The position numbers were made by a program, and so were the translations under genes. DNA of 35,149 nucleotides from an uncultured archaeon (GTDB lineage: Archaea; Asgardarchaeota; Lokiarchaeia; Sigyniarchaeales; SOKP01), in NCBI GenBank assembly GCA_964508365.1, contig CAZDTP010000032.1, forward strand, positions 9,344-44,492, given 5' to 3'. Of the stretch, positions 8,346 through 17,837 are shown in pieces (position 1 is the first letter of the stretch; the number at the start of each line of letters is the position of its first letter). Below the pieces are notes generated by a model. That model was not told the DNA's origin. It was given only the letters and a program-made list of their open reading frames with translations, and made no database searches.

Positions 8346-9563
8346 TTGAGGAAAATCATGATTCAAGAAGTGCAAAAAGATCACACTCTTTTAGTAAAAG
8401 GCCCTTCAAGAGTTACTTTATTAGAAGGAAAGGTTGAAGTGTTTGGAAAGGAATTTACACCTAAGAAAAGCGAGGAAGAAAACACTATTATTGTACCCAG
8501 TGCTAATAGTTTTCCGTTATTCGCCTTGGAATCATCGAAATTAGAGATTTTTACAAATAGTAGAGAAAATATAGAAATAGTAGAAGAAAACACCATAAAC
8601 AAAGAATGGGTTAAAATTAAGGATTCTGTTATACAGGCAATTAGGAAAAAGGGGGGAAAAAAACCATTAAAACTGATGGTTTTAGGCTTGAGCAATGGTA
8701 AAACTACTCTCATTAAATATCTAGCAAATAACATACTTAAAGAAGGATTGAAAGCAGCTTTTTTGGATTCTGATTTAGGACAACAATTACTATACCTTCC
8801 TACAACTCTTAACATTGGAGAAATTAATAAGAACATCGTTTCGAGCGCTGAAATTGATGTTGAAGAAACAGTATTTATTGGAAGTACATTCCCAAAGGCA
8901 AATTTCAAATTTATTATAGCTCATTCTTGTATTGAATTAATAACTAGGTTTTTATCAAAGCATGAAAATTTAGATATCATTCTTATTGATAGCGACGGAT
9001 GGATAAAAACTGAGGCAGGAATAATATATAAGAACTTTTTCATAAAAACCATTGATCCTGATATTTTAATTGTATTTCATGATGATAGTATTGAAGAATT
9101 AGGAGAAATTGAAAAGAACGCATCTAAATCGAAGAAAAGAACTATATTCTATTTAAAGGAAGAAAACAAATATTTCTACGAAAAAGATAAGGAAGAAAGA
9201 AGATTTTTACGGCAGAGTCAATTTGCAAAAGTTTTAGAAAATTTTAGAAAAATATCGATACCCTTAGATGGAATTAAGTTCATTAAAGCAGGTTATAACC
9301 CTGAGGAAGATAAAATTACAGAAGAAGAAATCGATCTCAATGATTTAAGTAATCTCCCTTATCATTATGTAATTTCTGCACTATTAACAGAGGATTCAAA
9401 GCTTATTCGAATAGGTTTACTTTTCGTAATTAATTTGCAGAAAAATTACGTTCTTCTTTTTTCAGATTTAAATTTTAAAGAGCAGAGTAGAGTAAGAAAA
9501 ATCTTACTAGGTAGTCTAAGATTAAGTATAAAAGGAAATCACCAAGGTTATCTTTATTTATAA
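8346..9563 (+). CDS. Clp1/Grc3/Nol9-family polynucleotide 5'-hydroxyl kinase-like protein (start possibly ATG 8358)
   Basis: N-terminal TLLVKGPSRVTLLEGKVEVFG; P-loop-like GLSNGKTT; DSDLGQ and IDSDGW family motifs; R..LRQ lid. Confidence 0.85.
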   Translation: MRKIMIQEVQKDHTLLVKGPSRVTLLEGKVEVFGKEFTPKKSEEENTIIVPSANSFPLFALESSKLEIFTNSRENIEIVEENTINKEWVKIKDSVIQAIRKKGGKKPLKLMVLGLSNGKTTLIKYLANNILKEGLKAAFLDSDLGQQLLYLPTTLNIGEINKNIVSSAEIDVEETVFIGSTFPKANFKFIIAHSCIELITRFLSKHENLDIILIDSDGWIKTEAGIIYKNFFIKTIDPDILIVFHDDSIEELGEIEKNASKSKKRTIFYLKEENKYFYEKDKEERRFLRQSQFAKVLENFRKISIPLDGIKFIKAGYNPEEDKITEEEIDLNDLSNLPYHYVISALLTEDSKLIRIGLLFVINLQKNYVLLFSDLNFKEQSRVRKILLGSLRLSIKGNHQGYLYL

Positions 9564-9638
9564 ATTAAAGCTTTAAGAATTTGTAAGTAAAATTGGAATA
9601 TGGGCTAACTGGTATTAAATCACGAGTGAGTGATATAA

Positions 9639-11078
9639 TTGGGAGAAAATTTATTAACCAAATTCCTTAAATTAATGTCAAAAGACATAACCGACTCTGA
9701 TTTAGAATTGGTTCCATTGGGAAGGTCATTAGGTCTTGACTTAATTTCTTTTGCTAAACTTCGAGCATCACAAGAGGATGATTTTTTAGATAAAATTAGA
9801 AAAAATGCGTTGAAAAAATTAACTAAGCATAATGATATTTGCATAGCTAATAATGACTCATTTTATGCTGGTAGCATAGATTTTATGGTGGGCGATAGTC
9901 CTTATAACAAAAGTTTTTTTCTTCTTGAAACCAATGGCGGTTCTAACCGAGGTCTATCAATACTTACGAAAAAACAACAAGCATTGATGTATGATGGATA
10001 TTTTGAATCTATTTCTCAAGCTATAGAAAAATCGATTGATAAAGATTTAAAAATTTTGGTGTTAATTGGAGTCCCCGTAAATGATGCTCTAATTCACGAA
10101 AAAGTAATAATGGTTGAATATTTTAGGAAGAAAATTAGATCATTAGGATTGTCACTAAAAATTTTTAACTCCGATACTTATAACAAGAATCATAAAGCAA
10201 AAATTGTGTTTCTGATATCCGATTATGAACAATTAAGTAGAGCGTTGTCATTTAACGATACAGACATGAAATATCTGGGTGAAAAAGTAAGCGTTTTGAT
10301 AGGAGATGGGATAGCCAGGAGATTCAACGATGAAAAGTTTATCAATATGATTCGAGAAGATTATCGGCAAATTAGTTCAACAATCGTAAATCCTATCTTC
10401 AAAATAACGGACGATAAATCCCTCACATATTTAGCTAGCCATTTAATAAAGAATCGACTCGAAAAATATAATTTGAAAAGTTTAGTTTTTGCCAAAGCCT
10501 ATGATGAGAAGGATTTAATCGATAAAGTAACCAGAATGGTAAAAACCTTTAAAAAATCATTTATAATTAAACCAAGCGGAGGATCTGGAGGAGCAGGAGT
10601 GATACAAATTCTTGAAAATTATGATGTGATGGAGATTAAGAAGAAATTAGAGGAAAGTAAAAAAGAATTTTATGTAAAATTCTCAACTAAGCGAAATCCT
10701 TTCCCTTACACAATTCAAGAAAAAGTCCATTTTTCACTTATTAATTGGGAAGGCTATAAGCATACATTTGATGTACGTCTATATTTTGCTCTAAACAAAA
10801 ACCAAATTATGCCTATTGGAGGATTAGCTCGTATCGCAAGGGGTCGATATTTTAAAGGTTTAAACAAAGAAGAATTTGTTGTGAATTTATCAGGGTACAA
10901 TGGAAGAATAGAAGTTAATCGTGGAATTGGTTTATCAGAGGAGAGCAGCAAGCTATTAAGTTTAAAATCTACAGATTTTACCAACTTATTTTGCATTGGA
11001 GCTTTAATTTTTAAAAGTATGATCGAGAATTACAATGACATCATACAATTCTCAGATTGGAGTAATTTTTTGAGCTAG
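9639..11078 (+). CDS. Circularly permuted ATP-grasp amide/peptide ligase, substrate unknown
   Basis: N-terminal GSIDFMV...FFLLETNGGS (metal-binding D and ExN), then FIIKPSGGSGGAGV, YTIQEK, FDVRLY, GGLARIA and VVNLSG, with no C-terminal ExN. Confidence 0.75.
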   Translation: MGENLLTKFLKLMSKDITDSDLELVPLGRSLGLDLISFAKLRASQEDDFLDKIRKNALKKLTKHNDICIANNDSFYAGSIDFMVGDSPYNKSFFLLETNGGSNRGLSILTKKQQALMYDGYFESISQAIEKSIDKDLKILVLIGVPVNDALIHEKVIMVEYFRKKIRSLGLSLKIFNSDTYNKNHKAKIVFLISDYEQLSRALSFNDTDMKYLGEKVSVLIGDGIARRFNDEKFINMIREDYRQISSTIVNPIFKITDDKSLTYLASHLIKNRLEKYNLKSLVFAKAYDEKDLIDKVTRMVKTFKKSFIIKPSGGSGGAGVIQILENYDVMEIKKKLEESKKEFYVKFSTKRNPFPYTIQEKVHFSLINWEGYKHTFDVRLYFALNKNQIMPIGGLARIARGRYFKGLNKEEFVVNLSGYNGRIEVNRGIGLSEESSKLLSLKSTDFTNLFCIGALIFKSMIENYNDIIQFSDWSNFLS

Positions 11079-11109
11079 ATCCAATTAGATTATACATAAA
11101 CTCAAAAAG

Positions 11110-11295
11110 CTATTCCGATACTGGAGTTAAAAGTGAGCTTTTGTGATGCTCTGAAGTAGGAATACATTCCGCATGAAAGTAAAGAACCTTTTCACCTTTA
11201 AACACTCCATTGATAAAATCACCTAAAGTTATTTGAAAACATTTATACAAATTCTGCTCTTTTAGCTCCTCTGAACAAAGGGGACACTTTATCAT
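11110..11295 (-). CDS. Small putative zinc-finger protein (CxxC...HxxC)
   Basis: ATG start, CPLC and YFHAEC motifs, fills the intergenic gap; a TTTAAATA TATA-like box lies about 42-49 nt upstream on the minus strand. Confidence 0.65.
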   Translation of the reverse strand: MIKCPLCSEELKEQNLYKCFQITLGDFINGVFKGEKVLYFHAECIPTSEHHKSSLLTPVSE

Positions 11296-11378
11296 TAAAA
11301 GTCATTATCTTAATTTAGAATATTTAAAAGAGAGCTTATTTAAAGTAAACATTTTATAAGGTCTGTGAAATGGGTTAC

Positions 11379-12380
11379 TTAAGAGTTAAAGAAATCTAAT
11401 GAGGCTGCAACTAAGAGTAATTCATTTTTCTTTTGTGTATGACCGCCTTTTTTAAGGATTAATGTATTTTTTTCTGTGATACCAAGTAGTGCAACATTTT
11501 CTTTGAAATTTTTGAACTTAATTATTCTATCATTTCGAGCATGAATAAGGAAAACCTTTCGAGAGTAATAATCCCATTCTTCATCTGAAATTGAGTTCTT
11601 AAATTGTTCAATAACAATATATGGTGAAAGTTCTTCATTTTCTTTTTTATTTGGAAACAATTTAACTCCTTTCATTAAGTAGCTGAGCATGACAATTAGA
11701 TTATATTTTGGTAAATTTTGTTTATAATAAGACATAGACGATATCGCTACAATTTTCTCTATGCTTTCACTTGAAAACCCACCACATAGAACAGTAATAG
11801 CTCCGATACTGAACCCAACAGCATAAATTTTATGCGATTTAAGCTCGTTATTATTTTCAATCCAACTAATTATTTTTCTGAAATCATCTATTCTTTTTAT
11901 AAACTGGCTCCTTTTTCCAACTTTTTTAGATTCTCCAGTACCTCGGGCGTCATATACGAGAATAGTATATCCTTGATAAGCTAAAGGTAAATAGTAATAT
12001 TCGAGCTTTTCTTTTTTATCTGAAAATCCGTGACAAACAATTACAATAGTGTCTTTTGATCGATCTTTATTATTTTCACTAAATGATATTAAAAGCCCTC
12101 CAAGATATTTACCTTTTCCTTTTTTGCCTTGTTCAACTCTGATTTTTATTTTAGATGTATTTAAGTTATTATATTTGATTGGAATCCACCGATCAAAATA
12201 AATATCCCTAAAGCTCCAATATATCTCAAATGGTGTGTAAATGATTAAAAAAGTCGTTGTTGACAAAACAAGACATGTAGAAAAAGTGTTCCCCCACGAG
12301 GCATTTACATTCCATATATACGCACTAAATAAAATATCAAAAAAGATAAGGATAACACGTTTTTGATTTTTAGAAAGCAT
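11379..12380 (-). CDS. Membrane-anchored alpha/beta hydrolase (esterase/peptidase-like)
   Basis: Two hydrophobic N-terminal segments; VCHGFS oxyanion motif, YDARGTGES, nucleophile GFSIG, HARND and GGH triad residues. Confidence 0.85.
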   Translation of the reverse strand: MLSKNQKRVILIFFDILFSAYIWNVNASWGNTFSTCLVLSTTTFLIIYTPFEIYWSFRDIYFDRWIPIKYNNLNTSKIKIRVEQGKKGKGKYLGGLLISFSENNKDRSKDTIVIVCHGFSDKKEKLEYYYLPLAYQGYTILVYDARGTGESKKVGKRSQFIKRIDDFRKIISWIENNNELKSHKIYAVGFSIGAITVLCGGFSSESIEKIVAISSMSYYKQNLPKYNLIVMLSYLMKGVKLFPNKKENEELSPYIVIEQFKNSISDEEWDYYSRKVFLIHARNDRIIKFKNFKENVALLGITEKNTLILKKGGHTQKKNELLLVAASLDFFNS

Positions 12381-12439
12381 TTTTAAAAGTAAACATCTTA
12401 AAATTTAAATAAAAAATAAGAGGATATAATTTAGGTTAA

Positions 12440-12766
12440 TTATGGCTTGTTAGGTTTTGGACAGCCGTGATCGTGCGCTATAATACAACCAGGTTTACTC
12501 TTTAAACCCGGACAAGGGTCGCATTTAACTTTTCTTAGCATTTTTACTACTTCATCGACTTCCATTCCGAATTCTTCGTCTTCTGTCTCGTCTGCTAACA
12601 TTTCATCTTCGATTTCGCTTAAATCGTAATCGAGATCCTCTTCGAGATTATCAGCTTCATCGTATAAATCTAAAATTTCATCTCCATCTTCGTCAACTTT
12701 CCCAACAGGAACATCTTCTGCTTCAGTTTCATCTGGCATTTTCTTTTTTTTAGCCATTGATTTCAC
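12440..12766 (-). CDS. Highly acidic hypothetical protein with C-terminal Cys/His cluster (likely start ATG 12757)
   Basis: Long D/E-rich stretch (32 of 61 residues) and CDPCPG...CIIAHDHGCP tail; G+C richer than the flanking intergenic DNA, consistent with coding. Confidence 0.75.
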   Translation of the reverse strand: MKSMAKKKKMPDETEAEDVPVGKVDEDGDEILDLYDEADNLEEDLDYDLSEIEDEMLADETEDEEFGMEVDEVVKMLRKVKCDPCPGLKSKPGCIIAHDHGCPKPNKP

Positions 12767-12979
12767 GATTAATATAATTTTTATATTTTAATATTAATAT
12801 AAAAAGAATGGATAATATAAAATTTAGATTTTATTGTTTTTTTTTTTAAAAGTAAAAATCCGATTTTAATTCAATATAGAAATCTGAATTTATAATCGCA
12901 GTATTTTTGCTGATAATAGCTATTAATAATTTTAATAACTTTTTTACTATAAATAAAAAAAAAGAAATTAATGAATTAC

Positions 12980-14422
12980 TTAATTATTAGGATCCTTTGA
13001 AGCTTGCTTTTTCTCTAACTCCTCTAGTTTTGAATGTTTCTCACTGTGTAAAATTAGAATCTTTTGCTTGATTTCTGCTAAATATTCTCCTTTTAAGGGG
13101 TAAAGTTGTAGAATTAGAATCTCAATATACAATGCAATAGCGGGAATTAAACCAATAAAGGCTCTAATCGCAAAATCTACTTCAGTTGGGTGTGTTTGAG
13201 GTTGAATAACTCCCAATGCATCTCTAGGGACGAAATGAGCGAGAGTTAACATGATTGCTGGAAGTGAAAGCGCTACGCTTTGAGCAGGTTTAGTAATAAG
13301 AGCGTTCATTCCAAAATAAACTGCTTCCCTTCTTACCCCAGTTTTAATCTCATCTTCATCACAAACTTGGGCCCACATCACATTAGTCAACACTAATGGC
13401 CCCACGAGTCCTATGCCGGCTAATGCTAAACTGAAATACATAAACTCCGGGGGAAGAAAGATAATTAATAGTAAACCAGTAGCTCCAATAAATAACAATA
13501 ATTGATCAGCTCTTACTACTCCAAATTTTTTAATTAACTTTGGTGTTATCCACACTCCCAAAATTAGTGGTATAAAAATAGCTACAAGTAATAGAATCGA
13601 GGAAGATTGAGTAACATAGTCAGCTAAATAAAACATTGAGCCCAGAATCATCTGTTGGATAAAAATACTCATAAAATTTGCTAACACTAATACAACAAAT
13701 GATTTGTTTTTAAGAGTGTATTTTAGAGCATCTTTAATACCGAGAGGTTCGTCTACTTTTGTAAACTCTGGACGTTCTTCAAATTTATAAGTAGTGTATA
13801 AAATAAAGAGCGTACCTACAATCCCGAGAGCTACCATAGCCATTTGTAAGGGAAATAACCCTTGTTCTTTTCGAAACAAGTCTGGAATTAAAAAGCCAAT
13901 TATGGTCCCTAATAAGCTAAAAAAGGAGGCGAAAACTGATAAGTTGTTTCTTTCTTGCTCATCTTCAGTTATTTCTGGAAGCAGCGCAGAATATATTAAA
14001 AACACAATGGTATATCCAGTGTCATAGAGAAGTGTTGTTATTAGCATCCACCAAAATACAGCAAATTTATCGGGTCCAACGGGAGCGAACCAAACTAAAA
14101 TAAAAAACAATCCAAGAAACGGTGCTGTATATCGCATAAATGGTATTCTTCTTCCTTTTTTTAGCTTAGCTCTATCTGAGTAAAATCCAAACAGAGGATC
14201 ATTAACAGCATTCCAAACAGCATAAATAATGCTCATCACGACAACTAAATAAGCGTAAGGTCCAACAAGACCCAAATAATCTACATAAAATATAGAAAGA
14301 AGCGATGCATAAGTACCACTTATAATAGATCCTCCAAAACTCGCTAAACCCCAATGAATACGCTGTTTAGTAGAAAACTTTGGGGGAGCGAGACTTGATA
14401 CATTTGATTTAGAACTTGCCAT
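12980..14422 (-). CDS. MFS transporter, glycoside-pentoside-hexuronide (GPH/MelB) family
   Basis: WNAVNDPLFGFYSDR...GRRIPF, YSALLPEIT...ER and DEDEIKTGVRREAVYFG; about 12 hydrophobic segments. Confidence 0.92.
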   Translation of the reverse strand: MASSKSNVSSLAPPKFSTKQRIHWGLASFGGSIISGTYASLLSIFYVDYLGLVGPYAYLVVVMSIIYAVWNAVNDPLFGFYSDRAKLKKGRRIPFMRYTAPFLGLFFILVWFAPVGPDKFAVFWWMLITTLLYDTGYTIVFLIYSALLPEITEDEQERNNLSVFASFFSLLGTIIGFLIPDLFRKEQGLFPLQMAMVALGIVGTLFILYTTYKFEERPEFTKVDEPLGIKDALKYTLKNKSFVVLVLANFMSIFIQQMILGSMFYLADYVTQSSSILLLVAIFIPLILGVWITPKLIKKFGVVRADQLLLFIGATGLLLIIFLPPEFMYFSLALAGIGLVGPLVLTNVMWAQVCDEDEIKTGVRREAVYFGMNALITKPAQSVALSLPAIMLTLAHFVPRDALGVIQPQTHPTEVDFAIRAFIGLIPAIALYIEILILQLYPLKGEYLAEIKQKILILHSEKHSKLEELEKKQASKDPNN

Positions 14423-14519
14423 ATCTTAAACCATTTTTTCTAAAAATTTTGTTATTAATTATTATATTACTACGGATTTTATATAAATTTTAAAGTAGAA
14501 GCATATAATTTTGTAAATT

Positions 14520-14531
14520 TTATCGCGATAA
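14520..14531. promoter_or_regulatory. Perfect 12-bp palindrome TTATCGCGATAA upstream of the MFS gene, candidate operator
   Basis: Self-complementary sequence seen directly; about 35 nt upstream of a TTTATATAAA TATA-like element on the MFS side. Confidence 0.3.
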
Positions 14532-14678
14532 TTGAATTTTTAATCTAACGGTAAAGTTATTTTGCTTTATTTTCAAAAATGCAAACTAGTGCTAAGTTCA
14601 AAGATTTACCCTATAATGTTAAAAATAGCAAGCCAATCCTTAATCAAGATTTTTCTATCTATCGAGGAATTATAAATT

Positions 14679-16700
14679 TCAATTTTTTATCTCATGTATA
14701 AGATCCAGATTATTACGTAAAATTTTAGAACAAGAATAAATTTGGTCAATATTTTCTCTCAATTCTCTATTCGTATATTTTACATATTTGGGTAAATCAA
14801 ATTGAGGATGGAAGTATTTAAACTTAATATGTGGTAACAAATTAGCAGATTTCAATAATTTATTTAGTTCAATAGCCCCCTCAGAACGCATATATAATTG
14901 GTAAACTAATGAATTAGATAGTCTAATGTAAAATTCTAGTAGGTTACCGATATTTTTTGAGTTTATTTCATTTTTGAACGAGGTGTTTGATTCTTGCAGA
15001 AGAAAAAATACTAATTGGGATAAAAACTGGTTAATTCTACCTATTTTTGATAAAATTATAGGAAAACTTTCGGGCATCGGAAGTGTTCTTATAAAACTTC
15101 CGTTATATCTAAGGTATTTTCCTGACATATGTAATGTCCCGTACAACGAATTAAAAACTTGATTAAGGAAATCTGAATTCAGTATTGACAACAAACAAAA
15201 ATAATCGTCTGTTTTAAATGATGGTACATTCAAAAAATACAGACCGGTTAAATTAGCGAAAATTCCAGGATCGTATACACAAGTAATTTCTTTTGATATT
15301 TCTCTAAAAACTAACTTTTCACTTGAGAGTTTGCTCCATACTTCTTTGTATTCTGGTTGGTAACTAAAATAAGATATCTCTTCATTGACCTTGGCAATCT
15401 TTATTCGCTTATCAAAATTAATGAAATATTTACCTACATTTCCAGTTCCCAATAAAAGGAGATCTTTATCAGATGCCTTATGCTTATTCATATATTTAAA
15501 ATTTTCTGCCCATTTAATAAATCCAAATGGTCGGTATAGAATATTAAGGTCCTTTATTGCGTTTGATAAAGGTTTAAAGTTAGCATAAAGGTAATTAATT
15601 AAATTGGCATTAGAATTTAATGGGATTATAAACGAAGGCAAAGAATGGATTATACTTTGAGGAAATTTAATTAGTTCCTTGCTGTGAAGGTTTCTAAAAT
15701 CGATAATGGTGCCATAATTTTTAATCGCAATAGTATTTTTGGTGTTGATGTTTTTTTTGCAAGATAGAATTATGGGATAGGCTGCTGTGTTTTTAAAAAT
15801 TGGTAATGAAGATATATTTATTATTTCTTTAATCTCTGTAGTTCGCAATAATAATTCTCTTATTTTCAAGCCATATTCTGCTGATAGAAATTTATTGGTG
15901 GTTAGAAAGGAAAGACAACCAATTCCACTTTTTAGGATTTTTAAAGATTTTTCAATAAAAACTACACTTAAATCATATAATCTATAAGCGGACTCAAAAT
16001 TCTTTTTTATTTCTTTCTTAAATTCTTTATCACCAATTTTTTTATTTTCTACATAGGGGGGGTTACCAATGATTATATCAAAATTTTGGTCATCATACTC
16101 AATTAAATATTCCATATTAAACAAATTAAAGTTGAGATCTATACTATTAACAAAATCTTCAATTTCTCCTAATGTTGGATGAATTTCTTTATTTTCATTA
16201 AGCTTAATCTCGTTTTTCGAATAAATCCATTTTATTAACATTAATTTTGACATCAATATAGATGTTTTATCAATGTCAATTCCGAATATATGATTCTGAA
16301 TAATTTTTTTCTTAAGATCGAAAGAATTTTGTTCCGGTTCGCATATTTTATAAAAATTGAAAAGTAAATTGGCAGCAGCAATTAAAAACCTTCCAGTTCC
16401 GCAAGCAGGATCTAAAATTTTTATACACTTTAGCTTTGCTTTAAGCTTATTATTAAGATTTTTATGTTCTATAAAAAATTTTGAAAGGTTAAGTAAAGTA
16501 TTAAAATTTTCACCCGTATTTAATATTTCTGAAATATCGCTAACAAAGATTCTAAAAATATTTAATACCATTAGATCAGCAATCGGTTGAGGCGTATAAG
16601 TTACCCCACGATCGCGGTTCTTGATTTTTTCACCAATTCTTTTTTCTTCGAAACTCTTAATTACCGATTCTAAGGTAAATGTAGTGTTTTTAAATGACAA
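14679..16700 (-). CDS. N6-adenine DNA methyltransferase (gamma class, TaqI/Eco57I-like), apparently orphan
   Basis: GVTYTP, ILDPACGTGRFL (motif I), FGIDID, DIIIGNPPY (motif IV), C-terminal LVFRE...ILNS...LPMP TaqI_C-like recognition domain; no adjacent endonuclease gene. Confidence 0.9.
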   Translation of the reverse strand: MSFKNTTFTLESVIKSFEEKRIGEKIKNRDRGVTYTPQPIADLMVLNIFRIFVSDISEILNTGENFNTLLNLSKFFIEHKNLNNKLKAKLKCIKILDPACGTGRFLIAAANLLFNFYKICEPEQNSFDLKKKIIQNHIFGIDIDKTSILMSKLMLIKWIYSKNEIKLNENKEIHPTLGEIEDFVNSIDLNFNLFNMEYLIEYDDQNFDIIIGNPPYVENKKIGDKEFKKEIKKNFESAYRLYDLSVVFIEKSLKILKSGIGCLSFLTTNKFLSAEYGLKIRELLLRTTEIKEIINISSLPIFKNTAAYPIILSCKKNINTKNTIAIKNYGTIIDFRNLHSKELIKFPQSIIHSLPSFIIPLNSNANLINYLYANFKPLSNAIKDLNILYRPFGFIKWAENFKYMNKHKASDKDLLLLGTGNVGKYFINFDKRIKIAKVNEEISYFSYQPEYKEVWSKLSSEKLVFREISKEITCVYDPGIFANLTGLYFLNVPSFKTDDYFCLLSILNSDFLNQVFNSLYGTLHMSGKYLRYNGSFIRTLPMPESFPIILSKIGRINQFLSQLVFFLLQESNTSFKNEINSKNIGNLLEFYIRLSNSLVYQLYMRSEGAIELNKLLKSANLLPHIKFKYFHPQFDLPKYVKYTNRELRENIDQIYSCSKILRNNLDLIHEIKN

Positions 16701-16857
16701 AGTTTTTCATTAAACCGATTTGGAAATTATTTCTTTAAAGGTTTATATTATATCTACTTTTATAATCATAGCCCTTATTTATAAAACTGTAATGTATTAA
16801 TTTTAAAATATCGACATTATTATTAGAAATTTGTAAACAAGCAACATAAAATCGTAT

Positions 16858-17760
16858 GTGAAAATGATAGAAAAATCATTCTTAATTAAAATAATAGAAA
16901 ATCCATATTTAATAGCTAAATTAAATTTTAATCAACTTATTTTAGTTTTTCGTGAAGCAGTTAAGCTATTTAGAGAAGAAACTATGATATTGGAGTTAAA
17001 GAAAGAAAATCCACAAGATAATATACTTGTAATTGGAGACATCCACGGGGATTTGAAAAGTTTGATAAGATTGTTGGAAATAATCAGATTAGAGAACCCA
17101 AAATATGTTATCTTTTTAGGTGATATTGTTGATCGGGGTTTATATCAGTTAGAGTGTTTTATTTTAGTCCTAGCATTAAAAATTAAAGATTCTAAGAGAT
17201 ATTATCTTCTAAAGGGGAACCACGAAACTTTAGAAGCTAATAAGAATTATGGATTTTTTCAAGATTTTTTGAATCGGTTTGAGGATCCTAAGAAATTTAA
17301 CCAGATTTTAGCTATATACGACGCTCTTCCCTATTGTGCTTTAGTAAATGAATCCATATTATGTCTTCATGGAGGTATTCCAGAGGATTTTAATGCAATT
17401 AATAGATTAAGGGGTATTAAAACAATAGAAATTAACTTAATTTATGAAAACACAGCTAAAAGTCTGCTACAAATTTTATGGAACGACCCTAAACCCAATC
17501 TAAAAGGCTTTACAGAAAGTTTTAGAGGTAGAGATATAAAATTCTTTGGAGAGGATGTATTTACAGATTTTATGCAAGAAAACAAATTGGAATACTTGAT
17601 AAGGGCTCATGAAAGATTCCCTGACGGTTATAAGTGGTTTTTCAATAAACGATTGTTATCAATTTTTTCTTCTGCTAATTATCGAGGTATATTTACACCC
17701 ATTCCCGCATCATACGCAATTATTAGAAATAAAACTGTGATACCAAAGATTATTTCTTAA
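16858..17760 (+). CDS. Ser/Thr protein phosphatase, PPP family (PP1/PP2A-like metallophosphoesterase); start possibly ATG 16864
   Basis: GDIHG, GDIVDRG, GNHE, HGG, WNDP, IRAHE and FSSANY motifs. Confidence 0.93.
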   Translation: MKMIEKSFLIKIIENPYLIAKLNFNQLILVFREAVKLFREETMILELKKENPQDNILVIGDIHGDLKSLIRLLEIIRLENPKYVIFLGDIVDRGLYQLECFILVLALKIKDSKRYYLLKGNHETLEANKNYGFFQDFLNRFEDPKKFNQILAIYDALPYCALVNESILCLHGGIPEDFNAINRLRGIKTIEINLIYENTAKSLLQILWNDPKPNLKGFTESFRGRDIKFFGEDVFTDFMQENKLEYLIRAHERFPDGYKWFFNKRLLSIFSSANYRGIFTPIPASYAIIRNKTVIPKIIS

Positions 17761-17837
17761 TTATGTGAACAGATCGGGAAAATTTCTAATGAAATTAGAA
17801 TCTGAGGAGCTACTAATTTTCAATTTTTGCTCTCATT

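Noticed and set aside
14679-16700. Idea that the adenine methylase provides strand discrimination for MutS/MutL
   Set aside because: MutL has its own DQHAxxExxxxE endonuclease motif, there is no MutH, and the MTase is not Dam-like and lies 12 kb away.
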